This document shows positions 39,201-46,455 of a stretch of DNA of 64,000 bases, piece by piece (position 1 is the first letter of the stretch; every line of letters starts with the position of its first letter). The stretch comes from Blastocatellia bacterium (GTDB lineage Bacteria > Acidobacteriota > Blastocatellia > UBA7656). The translations under genes and the position numbers were made by a program. The stretch is taken from assembly GCA_963765495.1 (NCBI GenBank), contig CAVXWP010000007.1, forward strand, positions 192,001 through 256,000, given 5' to 3'. The notes under the pieces were generated by a model. It worked only from the letters and a program-made list of their open reading frames with translations. It ran no database searches and had not been told where the DNA came from.

Positions 39201-40315
39201 AGGCGCTTGCGCGCTTCACGGCCGCTTACGCCTTGCTACAGCCGATCCTCAAAAATCTCGATGATCCGGCCTGGGCGAAGGCGGCCGAAGCCTTTGCCTC
39301 GCTCGTAACCGAAGTCACCGAGAATATAGACTGGAACCCGGTGAATCAGTTTGCGCTCAAGGCATCGCTTGCCAACATCACAGACAGTTACACGATCACC
39401 GACGTGCCGCAAAACAACCAGCAACTCATCACGCTTGAATGGACCCCGGAGCAGGGCGAGTCAAGCTGGCCGGGCGCTACGCTTTCAATCCTTGCGCTTG
39501 CCCCCAACGGGCAGCCCTATCCGAATCAGATTCAGGGAAAGGTGCCCAACGGGATTACAGACCTCTACACGCCCATCCCGCCGCTGGTTGATCAGTGGGT
39601 GATTCATCAGGTTGAGGTTGATTCGCTCAACGTGCTGATGGCCGAAAACGCGCTGATGGGTGTTCAGATAGAGCGCAACCTGATTCAGTTGGAAGACGGG
39701 CAGGGGACGACCTGGGAGGCTCTAACCGAGTTTGTTTACAAGACGCCGATGGTGCGTCCGAGCCAGCCGGTCACGCCGTTTGTCACCTACGACGGGGCGA
39801 TTGACGTAGCGCAATTGCCAAATCAGGGGATAAGCACCGGGTGTCCGTCGTCGGAGTCCAGCCTGTGCCAGCGCGTCTACACGATGATGTACGACCTGCT
39901 GGCCGACCCCGATCAGATAACGGGATTGCTTGAGGCAAAGGTTGGAGCGGGTCTTGAGGAGAGCGCGGCGCGGCGTGTGAAGGTCGGATGCGGCTTCCAG
40001 TATCCGGTGTCGGCGGTATCGGGCGGCCAGGTAGGCAACAATCCGATCACTCCTCTGGTTCCCGTAGTGCTGGCGCGTTCCTTTGATCTGGATGCCGCTC
40101 AGGAGGATCAGTTGAATGAGTTCGCCGATCTTTACTCTCAGGCCATAAGTCATTGGAGCGATATAAGTGGAGTGAGTTTCGGACCCTCCTCAGAGCCCGC
40201 CCAGGCGCGGCTGGTTTTTGACATAACGCTATATGCGCAATTAAGCGGCCTCAACACTCCCGTGCTGCGGCTGTCGAATTTGCAATTGAAGCTAACCGAT
40301 ATAGACCCGGTTTGA
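30236..40315 (+). CDS. Giant uncharacterised beta-rich protein, 3359 aa, no signal peptide
   Basis: Uninterrupted 10,080-bp ORF with host-like codon usage and AGGAG upstream. It has a long run of amphipathic beta-strands at about aa 780-1530. No enzymatic motif was recognised. Confidence 0.9.
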   Translation: MAMIKFQLYKSGLYLTETDINDPSKARIGFMFQSASGNPTTFELSQQTWIDPNQQGYFAFFVPSATRDWDSFSASVRNLFSGTFGAQFGWFSESGGNVTAETLFLVGNQGTSTPRIQSPASFIFNNVTLQIQPNPFGQPAVISFNDDTNTFEIVNPSVSGQPAVRIVAQPPVGASQTYFSNSPSLLLPMVDPHAGSVNAGFQFDTQALAQFEAGFMYFGPPPQAGQPLTALNYPLLRAPGGAPTALNFQAWLDVLQPLVGTRSYFQITDTQTGSYYASTSGRAFALLTTADGDSDQTSRLVFANRPFQTTDDAQFYYLTPAGRFQLAMDQNGAQSVSSSAPPSWLMCGVTGTEFLNAKVSGEVAIPDALYFLPGQAAYRVIPPPDQPAGNDPQLLDDVGGNVTTSWVQYLTSEGGYISQPEGSPLYEQGTNGSGQLSEQSASSGLTVYVLDFLPLPSWSPTTTGVAAVQAQTAAPAVPMTPYAGIPFTTDLTPFREMESRALNPTRKNAFTNAQPPAQPKTADAAAGNLTFAMTPQGLLAGLTSAPAVWTTTQIALSKSGILQLTDMGNAVRQALQQNQIFIVISTTENGTLFSFNGSDQTLDIADWLFSLSPDGIKASDGTPPILILKFYPGQSISTLVKDMQLWSQPDTFNVAPFDASKAQAYVQQQIQQACEAVYGAGKCTDGIPSGGTPDTNSLYYNFYRVVTDPLFNGILALNCNMQLNALPAAIRAVLGGMTDASGASNLDAFRVHHVGVEINDTDPKVSTPTLAQSSLFGLVDYEKPTDGGAPPLGLDVKYNFEVEFLRALFTNSELREFSCKINLTINNLFDTAVSLDAGSSSALVAEAESSNVVVITGSYQAHSTTGDDANSGQGIYSFLAEGNFAFNFDEANPYLKSITLTKLQFSFQEENPTGNPNTSTLKSRFSIWGNMVFKELNVLDIFSFEKLVFADLGITVSFDLTIDPPNQPSTANLKLGFSPGDLRFDFAQTTDRQSPTSLLSLIPFKLKSFLYSQNADQTLQSLQYYAVSEVPGLSSVKDTFNYALIFDLDLGSVGSLVGSLAAFKFSILIGWLSGDEGGIAFGVQLPEADGKLEIKIEGVLTLSIEEFKLQYKPIEDGSGKTIFVLALHNSYLELFGTRLPPGNAFFDFALFAPSDDAARIGWIAAINNQSKESGGSESLALRSDGQALAENGNGSPVFELVYLGGGQRVGPDPSKPPTNFQDFLSFMTGDFWDAVKANKYDEVYHPDSNWLVVSDFKLLGIIEVGFVFYDFTPFYSLTLNVTKLFNFEITYTKISDSIGLFYADLALPDTLRTFQVGAASLTLPSISVSVYTNGNWKLDVGFPKGDDWSRSFRVQAQAGPVPVTGSGGFYIASLSSATSSIFKGNYPSIVAFGFAARLGVGKDFTSGPLKAGISVTFFGIIQGAGGYLASGSVDIFQTPDALSLQGQFGIIGELYGSIDFKIIKASVNVTLQASIGIQLLWERSIPGSGTILLYVEASVKLSIKVSIGFGFFSISISFSFKASFRFEWVLAGSPPSVALRAQWSERLATGFVLTAAPLALCPGLNSKVPLWFLPELTVIFPNTTGTGAPWFVCSLGIPYDSNPPADPTYAQFMPFEAVTTQLVTWALSNTSEHTGCSSVVTQEQLQGLDEAPEILVGWVDYPSLITELSNFAVEIVVPTGEPGTEKSATTFPMLPFLKLETKGRLEGGQSADLSYQFLSKNLVSDSYIQEVEEYFNQLFVNQTQGEPPTLKAATEATTPLIQEIFLDYFTGLIRGGVHQLLQYMQDEKITESPLDELIRKAVGAGLVMSLAGQMSSSFRGGVRLPYTPGLTVPGGAALTTTNPLYALLWQEFPAGQLSPVEGDTTTSQYTIELTNPDATQTWVKSSVNWPLTNEELAPYQNLKASDVIPPSVPVQLPFTNTGPQSFSFENPVVWTQPDNKTVSLRPFPSNLQQLQSVEAGAISVLVESRETGAPYLPGGTLLSPQSFNWVTMITLTVKQIPATSGKDSLPDIFALSGASQQDQALIEQILRELEGGEDPIVSLQVLYQTEAGATGLTSVTINPQDVFALRTNTTTVSAPPASANLLFKALAVTPGVAVGATIDDHYGFLQIIQQAAVTNAPGYNLRYEDATGNGLPTDLFNAGPAPLTLLVAYKPDGSQNTEASPAQVLPFYNGIVLTAAVDGLLYYADTTDPALETQYNAVAAGSVGAELTRSDSVMKLRTPQTLAATAGLKSEGGHTRAELVSAICAAGVTDHAQLRSLMVEAGAAPAQLNALYSLITYQVEASAGFIQSNLSAPIQPQQPDPDTESELRDYRVFVPLYNLATANQSLPPDTPPNRYASIDASFSVDFFQNDAFGNQMPTSLGFGGTNLYFDPITPVDEWLGVVTAYDFLVDTKPQPNTFSVYLYPSASAFSGDEFTSDQAAAALQLYQTAYDQITGPGVSFYVEANFALQSDGTMVKVELSQSQSAAIVDMVGKLVEYLEKFDTNPPFDVPPVTLTVSVTGTGTLPPVFEMAVLLGIERDPDLVSPLLKNEFGQITFPSAQNVSSTISSTVGASLDGQSSVDINTFAANFVQAFPALSLSVGLNGATSPQQQSSAGLARKQLKALGLPGDGTGASQKGPQSLWAVQHSLLDITIGAGAGSGPRYMSPKPLDNTLNTAVVPLPQLDSSLPQLPTEQLFTDVDLDQFNRSFFQSVDNILAPASAAKAFEVATDAYNTITLGRKTLAEEYSQYEVEWLFSVNSPFTGTSDQLTAAREDFQQQMRAALLTAYSVDTLVQYSVSWNSSVPPAADDRISLFGQVQPPSGPLKGNDGLSTAHVAVSSTGPGLLTFLYGTSAVRDIAQVSLDLVYNVTHVEYFLEPANQTPPGEARPSIWLQLVNPYPDGLPHIGPADKETIIPLVFRQYPTPPVFINQSGAEGTSSEPTNQTSENPLTAAAAWHYIYSYQSQLTAHDLIISLITYNTNLTAASSGGNQLKTANAAAGPFTLFQALARFTAAYALLQPILKNLDDPAWAKAAEAFASLVTEVTENIDWNPVNQFALKASLANITDSYTITDVPQNNQQLITLEWTPEQGESSWPGATLSILALAPNGQPYPNQIQGKVPNGITDLYTPIPPLVDQWVIHQVEVDSLNVLMAENALMGVQIERNLIQLEDGQGTTWEALTEFVYKTPMVRPSQPVTPFVTYDGAIDVAQLPNQGISTGCPSSESSLCQRVYTMMYDLLADPDQITGLLEAKVGAGLEESAARRVKVGCGFQYPVSAVSGGQVGNNPITPLVPVVLARSFDLDAAQEDQLNEFADLYSQAISHWSDISGVSFGPSSEPAQARLVFDITLYAQLSGLNTPVLRLSNLQLKLTDIDPV

Positions 40316-40395
40316 AATTCGCCTTTTGCACGCGGGCGGTTTCACGCAGAGTCAAACCACTGCCCCCCCCGGGGCGTTATTTTAAGGAGAAAACG

Positions 40396-41115
40396 ATGGC
40401 AAAGTCTAAGAAACATGACTTTCTTGTAATTGACCAGAATTCTGTCAACACAACGTGGACCGGATCGCCGACCACGCTTTTGCCAAATCAGAACGCGAAC
40501 CTGCCGCAGACGACAAACGGCTCGATGGTATTCGCCTATCAAAACCAGACGACAAAGAACAATCAGGGAACGCTGTCGCTCACATCGGGAGGAGGCGCGC
40601 CTGATTTTTTGACCGCGCAGGCACTTGCCAACCAGCCGAGCATACTGGTCAAGAACTGGCAGGCCAACAACCTGAGCGTCACAAATATCAGCCCTCCTTC
40701 TTCTGACACGCCGATCTGGATCATGGCGATTGGGCCGGGTTTGCCCGGGGTCAATCCGGCAACTCTGCCTGTAGACGGCACCCCCGTAGGGTTGAGCACA
40801 AATCAAACGGCTCAAGGCAATGCGTTGCCCCGATACATGCAGATGGTCATCCAATCCAACACGGGCGATCTGACCATAATCGCCGTAATCGGCGGCCCGC
40901 CCGACCAGTCAGGCAATAACGCGTATGTCTTTGCGGTGAACTCGACTCAGAACACTGGCCCCGGAACGGGCTTTCCGCCACCGGCAGGTTATTACGCTAC
41001 CTCGACCAGCAATTTCATCACGTTCCAGTTTAACTGGGGCAGCTCGGCGATCTTTGTTGCCAATATGTCGCCAGCGACTGCGGCTGTGGCCAAGGTCTCC
41101 GTGCGGGCACTCTAA
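40396..41115 (+). CDS. Hypothetical N/Q/S/T-rich two-repeat beta protein, paralogue 1 (239 aa)
   Basis: AAGGAG RBS before ATG 40396; clearly homologous to the next two genes. Confidence 0.88.
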   Translation: MAKSKKHDFLVIDQNSVNTTWTGSPTTLLPNQNANLPQTTNGSMVFAYQNQTTKNNQGTLSLTSGGGAPDFLTAQALANQPSILVKNWQANNLSVTNISPPSSDTPIWIMAIGPGLPGVNPATLPVDGTPVGLSTNQTAQGNALPRYMQMVIQSNTGDLTIIAVIGGPPDQSGNNAYVFAVNSTQNTGPGTGFPPPAGYYATSTSNFITFQFNWGSSAIFVANMSPATAAVAKVSVRAL

Positions 41116-41129
41116 GTCTAAACTAAATC

Positions 41130-41161
41130 AAGCCCCGATGGCTCGACCATCGGGGCTTTTT
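41130..41161 (+). terminator. Rho-independent terminator-like hairpin between paralogues 1 and 2
   Basis: aagccccgatgg-ctcga-ccatcggggctt followed by ttt. Confidence 0.7.
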
Positions 41162-41174
41162 GCGAGAACCGTCT

Positions 41175-41903
41175 ATGACTACTCGAAAGCATCCCCCAAG
41201 CTCAACCTTTCAGCTTATCGACCAGAACTCCGTCAACTCAACGTGGAACGGGTCCCCGATTACGCTTTTGCCAAACCAGAACGCGAATATGCCGCAGACG
41301 ACAAACGGCTCGATGGTCTTTGCCTACTTCAACCAGTCTCAGCAGAACAATCAGGGGACGCTGTCGCTCACGTCGGGAGGAGGCGCGCCTGATTTTTTGA
41401 CCGCGCAGGCACTTGCCAACCAGCCGAGCATACTGGTCAAGAACTGGCAGGCCAGCAACCTGAGCGTCACAAATATCAGCCCTCCTTCTTCGAACACGCC
41501 GATCTGGATTTCGGCATTCGGGCCGGGGCTGCCGGGATGGTTTTGCCTCTCTCTTCCAACGACGGGCAACCCAGTTCAACTCGGTGTGGCGCAGTGCGCG
41601 CAGGGTAACGCCGAGCCGCGATACATGCAACTGGTCATGCAATCAAGCACAGGAGACCTGACCATTTTTGCCGTAATCGGCGGCCCGCCCGATCAGTCAG
41701 GCAACAACGCGTATGTCTTTGCGGTGAATTCGACTCAGAACACAGGCCCCGGAACGGGTTTCACGCCACCGGCAGGCTATTACGCCACGACTACAGGCAA
41801 TTTCATCACGTTTCAGTTCAACTGGGGCAGTTCACTTGTGTACGTGGTAAATCTATCGCCCTCATCGGCATCAGGAGGTAGAGTGCAACTTTCCCGGCTG
41901 TAA
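41175..41903 (+). CDS. Paralogue 2 (242 aa)
   Basis: Same LLPNQNA..PQTTNGSMVFAY / NWQA.NLSVTNISP / GGPPDQSGNNAYVFAVN / FQFNWGSS motifs. Confidence 0.88.
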   Translation: MTTRKHPPSSTFQLIDQNSVNSTWNGSPITLLPNQNANMPQTTNGSMVFAYFNQSQQNNQGTLSLTSGGGAPDFLTAQALANQPSILVKNWQASNLSVTNISPPSSNTPIWISAFGPGLPGWFCLSLPTTGNPVQLGVAQCAQGNAEPRYMQLVMQSSTGDLTIFAVIGGPPDQSGNNAYVFAVNSTQNTGPGTGFTPPAGYYATTTGNFITFQFNWGSSLVYVVNLSPSSASGGRVQLSRL

Positions 41904-41935
41904 TCTCGGCCGATTAAGTAAATTAAGGATTGATC

Positions 41936-42664
41936 ATGGCCGGTACAAATATGCCTTTCCAGTCAGTGCCCTTCGCCATCATCGGAGTATTCAGCGTTGC
42001 CGACACCTGGAACGGGTCGCCGCTAACTCTCCTCCCAAACCAGAACGCGAATATGCCGCAGACGACAAACGGCTCGATGGTATTCGCCTATCAGAACGTC
42101 TCCAAGCAGAACAATCAGGGAACACTCTCGCTCACATCGGGAGGGAGTGCGCCGGATTTTCTGACCGCGCCCGCGCTTTCCAATCAGCCGGAGATTCTGG
42201 TCAAGAACTGGCAGGCCAACAACCTGAGCGTCACAAATGTCAGCCCCCCTTCCTCCGACACGCCGATCTTGATTCAAGCCATCGGTCCGGGCATTCCGGG
42301 AGTAAATCCTCTTGATCTTGCGGTAGGAGACCCCGTAAACCTCGCGCCCGGACAGACCGCGCAGGGAAACTCATTGCCCCGATACATGCAACTGGTCTTA
42401 CAGGCCAGTTCGGGCAATCTGACTACTTTTGCTCTCATCGGCGGCCCGCCCGACCAGTCGGGCAACAACGCGTATGTCTTTGCGGTGAACTCGACTCAGA
42501 ACACAGGCCCCGGAACGGGTTTCACGCCACCGGCAGGCTACTACGCTACGACTACAAGTAATTACACGACATTCCAATTCAACTGGGGCAGCTCAACGAT
42601 CTTCGTCGCCAACATGTCGGGCGAGACAGCGGGACCGGCAACCGTCAGCCTGCGCCAGCTTTGA
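41936..42664 (+). CDS. Paralogue 3 (242 aa)
   Basis: Same motifs; AAGGA RBS. Confidence 0.88.
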   Translation: MAGTNMPFQSVPFAIIGVFSVADTWNGSPLTLLPNQNANMPQTTNGSMVFAYQNVSKQNNQGTLSLTSGGSAPDFLTAPALSNQPEILVKNWQANNLSVTNVSPPSSDTPILIQAIGPGIPGVNPLDLAVGDPVNLAPGQTAQGNSLPRYMQLVLQASSGNLTTFALIGGPPDQSGNNAYVFAVNSTQNTGPGTGFTPPAGYYATTTSNYTTFQFNWGSSTIFVANMSGETAGPATVSLRQL

Positions 42665-42668
42665 ATGC

Positions 42669-42808
42669 TGCGTGATCCGTGATGCGTGATCCGTGATTTA
42701 CCTGATTCGCAAATTATCTTTAACAAATAACCTGCCTGAAAGTCACGCATCACTCTTCACGCATCACTCTCCACGCATCGCGCATCACGCATCACTCTTC
42801 GCATCACT
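42669..42808. repeat. Inverted (CGTGATG/CGTGATC)n element
   Basis: gcgtgatccgtgatgcgtgatccgtgat ... tcacgcatcactcttcacgcatcac...; the core resembles that of 10354-10455. Confidence 0.85.
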
Positions 42809-42864
42809 GTCAGGCGAGCGAAACGATTCAAAGCTATTGCCGCATTTTGCATGAGAAAGTTAAT

Positions 42865-43605
42865 ATGTCAGCTATGCGACAGAAGACGGCGGCAATAGTT
42901 GTTATCGGCAACGAGATTCTGACTGGCAAGTCTCAGGATAAGAACGCCAGCTTTTTGATCGGCCAGTTGTACGAGCTTGGAGTGGCGTTGCGCCGCATAG
43001 TAGTAATACCCGATGACCTTGACGACATAGCCTCGGCCGTCAGCGAATGCTCATCGCGTTTCGATTACGTCTTCACATCGGGAGGGGTCGGACCCACGCA
43101 CGACGATATGACTATCGAAGGCGTGGCCCGCGCATTCGGTCGCTCTGTTGTGCGCGATGCGGGGCTTGCGGCCATGCTGCGCGGATACTTCGGAGACGAT
43201 GCCGATCAGACGCGTATGCGGCTTGCCGATGTGCCGGAAGGCTCTACGCTGATACGTGACGAGGAATTGCGCTGGCCCGTACTGACCACTGAAAACGTTT
43301 ATGTGCTTCCGGGCGTGCCGGAACTCTTTCGCAGCAAGTTCGAGGCTATACGCGAGCGGTTCCGCGCCTCGCCTTTTCACACTTCGGTCGTATACACTCG
43401 CGAAGACGAGTTTGATATTGCGCCTCGCCTCGACAGAATCGCTTCGCTTCATCCCGATGTAGAGATAGGATCATACCCTACCTTTACCAGCGATGAGTAT
43501 CGAGTGAAGATCACCTTAGAATCCAAGGAAGCCGAGGATGTCCGGCTGGCGCTTGCTGCGCTGGTCGAGTTGATGGACCCGGCTGCCGTCGTCCGCATCG
43601 AGTAG
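42865..43605 (+). CDS. CinA N-terminal-like / molybdopterin-binding domain protein
   Basis: IVVIGNEILTG..QDKN, SGGVGPTHDDMT, LPGVP, IGSYP. Confidence 0.88.
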   Translation: MSAMRQKTAAIVVIGNEILTGKSQDKNASFLIGQLYELGVALRRIVVIPDDLDDIASAVSECSSRFDYVFTSGGVGPTHDDMTIEGVARAFGRSVVRDAGLAAMLRGYFGDDADQTRMRLADVPEGSTLIRDEELRWPVLTTENVYVLPGVPELFRSKFEAIRERFRASPFHTSVVYTREDEFDIAPRLDRIASLHPDVEIGSYPTFTSDEYRVKITLESKEAEDVRLALAALVELMDPAAVVRIE

Positions 43606-43683
43606 TCTTTAGCCCGCGAAACACTCGAATTAGCGCGAATTCATAACTGATTTTTTGGATATATTCTTGATAGGGTCTGAAAG

Positions 43684-45216
43684 ATGAAAAAGATTTTCTT
43701 TGTCGCCCTGTTGCTCGTTATCGCTTCGGGCCGCGCGCGCACACAGCAGACAACGCCCTTGCGATTCGAGGTCACTGCTTCCCGCGATCTTATCAGCACC
43801 CCTGAAAGCGGGCGAATGTTTGTCATCATCAGTCCGCATAATAACCCTGAGCCGAGGCTCACCATAGGCACTACGGGGCTGACGGCCCCTCCTGTCATTG
43901 CCCGCGACATAGATGATTTTTCGCCTGGTGTGACGGCAAGCCTCGACCGAAGCGCCGCCATCTTTCCGATTGATGATCTCTCCAGCCTGCCCGCCGGAGA
44001 CTATTTCGTGCAGGCGCTGTTTGATTCAAACGCCGATCTCAAATCAGTAAACGCGCCGGGCAATCTATACAGCGCGGCAAAACGAATCCACCTTGATCCG
44101 AATACGAGCGGGGTTGTGAAGCTGGAATTGACCCAAAAAGCGCCGCCCGAACAGTTGCCCGCCGAAACCGAGATGGTCAAGTATGTAAAGATTCAATCGA
44201 AGTTGCTCAGTGAGTTTCACCATCGGCCTATATATCTGCGCGCGGGCGTAATCCTGCCGCGCGACTTCGACCGCGACCCCGCGCGCCGTTATCCTCTCTG
44301 GGTCCACATAGGCGGTTACGGTTCGAGCTATACCGGTGTCAAAAATATGATGTCTGAGCGAGCGGGCTTTCGCGAGGCGTGGATGGCCGACGATGCGCCT
44401 CGAATGATCCTGCTCCATCTGGATGGAGACGGCCCCTTCGGAGACTGCTATCAGGTCAACTCGGCAAACAACGGTCCTTACGGCGATGCGATCACTCAGG
44501 AACTGATCCCCTACGTAGAGAAGAAATTTCGAGCCATAGGCCGGGGCGATGCTCGCGTGCTTGACGGAGGCTCTACCGGGGGATGGGTCTCTCTGGCTCT
44601 TCAGGTATTTTATCCCGATTTCTTCAACGGCACGTGGACCTATTGCCCGGACGGAGTCGATTTCCGCGCCTTTCAACTCATCAACATTTATCGAGACAAG
44701 AACGCCTACGTAAATGAGCACGGCTTTGAGCGCCCGAGCGCGCGCGACCTTGACGGCGACACCCGTTTCACGATTCGCCACGAATGCCGGATGGAAAACG
44801 TAATGGGCAGGGGCGATAGCTGGACGATGTCGGGCGAGCAGTGGGGAGCGTGGAACGCCACTTACGGGCCACGCGGAGCAGACGGTCGCCCGGTGCCTTT
44901 GTGGGACCCAAAAACCGGAGAGATCGACCGCAGCGTGATTGAGCATTGGAAGAAATATGATCTTCGCCTGATAATGGAGCAGAACTGGAAGACGCTCGGC
45001 CCAAAACTACGCGGAAAGATTCACATCTGGGTGGGCGAGGCCGATACCTACTTTTTAAACAACGCCGTCCACATGCTCGACGAGTTTCTGAAAAAGGCCG
45101 ATCCGCCTTACGAAGGCCAAATCATTTACGGACCGGGACAGGGTCATTGCTGGCGAGGCATAACCGACCGCCAGGTCATGAATGAGATGGCACAGGCAGT
45201 AGGCAGTAAGCAGTAG
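43684..45216 (+). CDS. Exported alpha/beta-hydrolase (esterase family)
   Basis: Signal peptide; GGSTGG nucleophile elbow; NSANNGPYG; D and GH catalytic positions. Confidence 0.85.
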   Translation: MKKIFFVALLLVIASGRARTQQTTPLRFEVTASRDLISTPESGRMFVIISPHNNPEPRLTIGTTGLTAPPVIARDIDDFSPGVTASLDRSAAIFPIDDLSSLPAGDYFVQALFDSNADLKSVNAPGNLYSAAKRIHLDPNTSGVVKLELTQKAPPEQLPAETEMVKYVKIQSKLLSEFHHRPIYLRAGVILPRDFDRDPARRYPLWVHIGGYGSSYTGVKNMMSERAGFREAWMADDAPRMILLHLDGDGPFGDCYQVNSANNGPYGDAITQELIPYVEKKFRAIGRGDARVLDGGSTGGWVSLALQVFYPDFFNGTWTYCPDGVDFRAFQLINIYRDKNAYVNEHGFERPSARDLDGDTRFTIRHECRMENVMGRGDSWTMSGEQWGAWNATYGPRGADGRPVPLWDPKTGEIDRSVIEHWKKYDLRLIMEQNWKTLGPKLRGKIHIWVGEADTYFLNNAVHMLDEFLKKADPPYEGQIIYGPGQGHCWRGITDRQVMNEMAQAVGSKQ

Positions 45217-45353
45217 GCAGTAAGCAGTAGGCAGTAGGCAGTTGATATTACCGGAGGCGGGTACCAACTATTCATATGCATGCCCCGTGCATTCTTTAGC
45301 AGTAGTCGTTAGTTCAACACGCACTGCCTACTGCCTACTGCTTACTGCCTACT
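45194..45353. repeat. Inverted (AGGCAGT/AAGCAGT)n element
   Basis: Seven units at 45194-45242 overlap the esterase stop codon; reverse-complement units lie at 45323-45353. Confidence 0.9.
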
Positions 45354-45376
45354 AATAAAAGGAGCGATTCGACTCT

Positions 45377-46453
45377 ATGAAAAAAATCCTGATGGAGCAC
45401 GGGCTTGATCTGTTGCTGATATTCATTCCCATCGCGGCTGTACTTCACTACACGCACGCCTCGCCGATCTGGACCTTCGCGGCCTCGGGGCTGGCAATCG
45501 TGCCGCTTGCCGGATGGATGGGCAAGGCTACCGAGGGGCTGGCTTCGCGTCTTGGCGCAGGAATAGGCGGGCTGCTCAACGCCACATTCGGCAACGCCGC
45601 CGAGATGATAATTGCCGTTCAAGGATTGCGCGCAGGCTTGACCGAAGTGATAAAGGCATCGATAACCGGCTCGATACTCGGCAATATACTGCTCGTACTC
45701 GGAGTGAGCGTCGTGGCAGGCGGGCTGAAATTCAAAGAGCAGAAATTCAACCGCACGGCGGCAAGCATGAGCGCGACCCTGCTTGCCTTGAGCGCAATCG
45801 GCCTGCTCGTTCCGGCTATGTTTCATCGCGTCACAGGCGGGTCGAGTTCGGAAGCCGAACTGAGCGTCGAAATTTCAATAGTATTATTTGTCACCTATAT
45901 CCTGAGCCTCGTCTTTGCGCTGCACACTCACAAAGACCTCTACATTGGCGAAGGGGGCCACGGTGAAGAACCCGCGATGGGATGGAAGACGGCGCTTGTG
46001 ACCCTTGTGGTCGCCACGGGGCTTGTCGCGTGGATGAGCGAGTTGCTTGTCGAGGCGGTCGAGCCCGCGTCTAAGGCTCTCGGGATGACCGAGGTGTTTG
46101 TAGGCGTCATAGTCGTAGCCGTCATAGGCAATGCCGCCGAGCACTCAACAGCCGTGTTGATGGCGCTCAAAAACAAAATGGACCTGGCCTTTAATATCGC
46201 CGCCGGTTCGAGTATGCAGGTGGCGCTCTTTGTCGCGCCCGCGCTCGTCTTCTTGAGCTATGCGATAGGCCAGCCTATGGATTTACTCTTTACCACGTTT
46301 GAGGTTCTGGCCGTAGGGCTTGCGGTCGTCGTTGTCAGCCTCATAGCGGTTGACGGCGAATCCAACTGGATGGAAGGCGTGCTGTTGCTGGCCGTTTATC
46401 TGATATTTGCCCTGGCCTTCTTCTTTTTGCCGCCAAGTTTGCCGAGGACATAA
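45377..46453 (+). CDS. cax: Calcium/proton antiporter (CAX)
   Basis: [34 protein letters not shown]. Confidence 0.93.
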   Translation: MKKILMEHGLDLLLIFIPIAAVLHYTHASPIWTFAASGLAIVPLAGWMGKATEGLASRLGAGIGGLLNATFGNAAEMIIAVQGLRAGLTEVIKASITGSILGNILLVLGVSVVAGGLKFKEQKFNRTAASMSATLLALSAIGLLVPAMFHRVTGGSSSEAELSVEISIVLFVTYILSLVFALHTHKDLYIGEGGHGEEPAMGWKTALVTLVVATGLVAWMSELLVEAVEPASKALGMTEVFVGVIVVAVIGNAAEHSTAVLMALKNKMDLAFNIAAGSSMQVALFVAPALVFLSYAIGQPMDLLFTTFEVLAVGLAVVVVSLIAVDGESNWMEGVLLLAVYLIFALAFFFLPPSLPRT

Positions 46454-46455
46454 TT

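Noticed and set aside
1590-42664. Diversity-generating retroelement (Avd-like gene plus near-identical repeats in the paralogues)
   Set aside because: No reverse transcriptase is in the window, all repeat copies lie inside intact genes, and the differences overall are not adenine-specific.
30236-42664. Prophage, tailocin or eCIS structural operon
   Set aside because: No recognisable sheath, tube, baseplate, VgrG, terminase or integrase genes are present.
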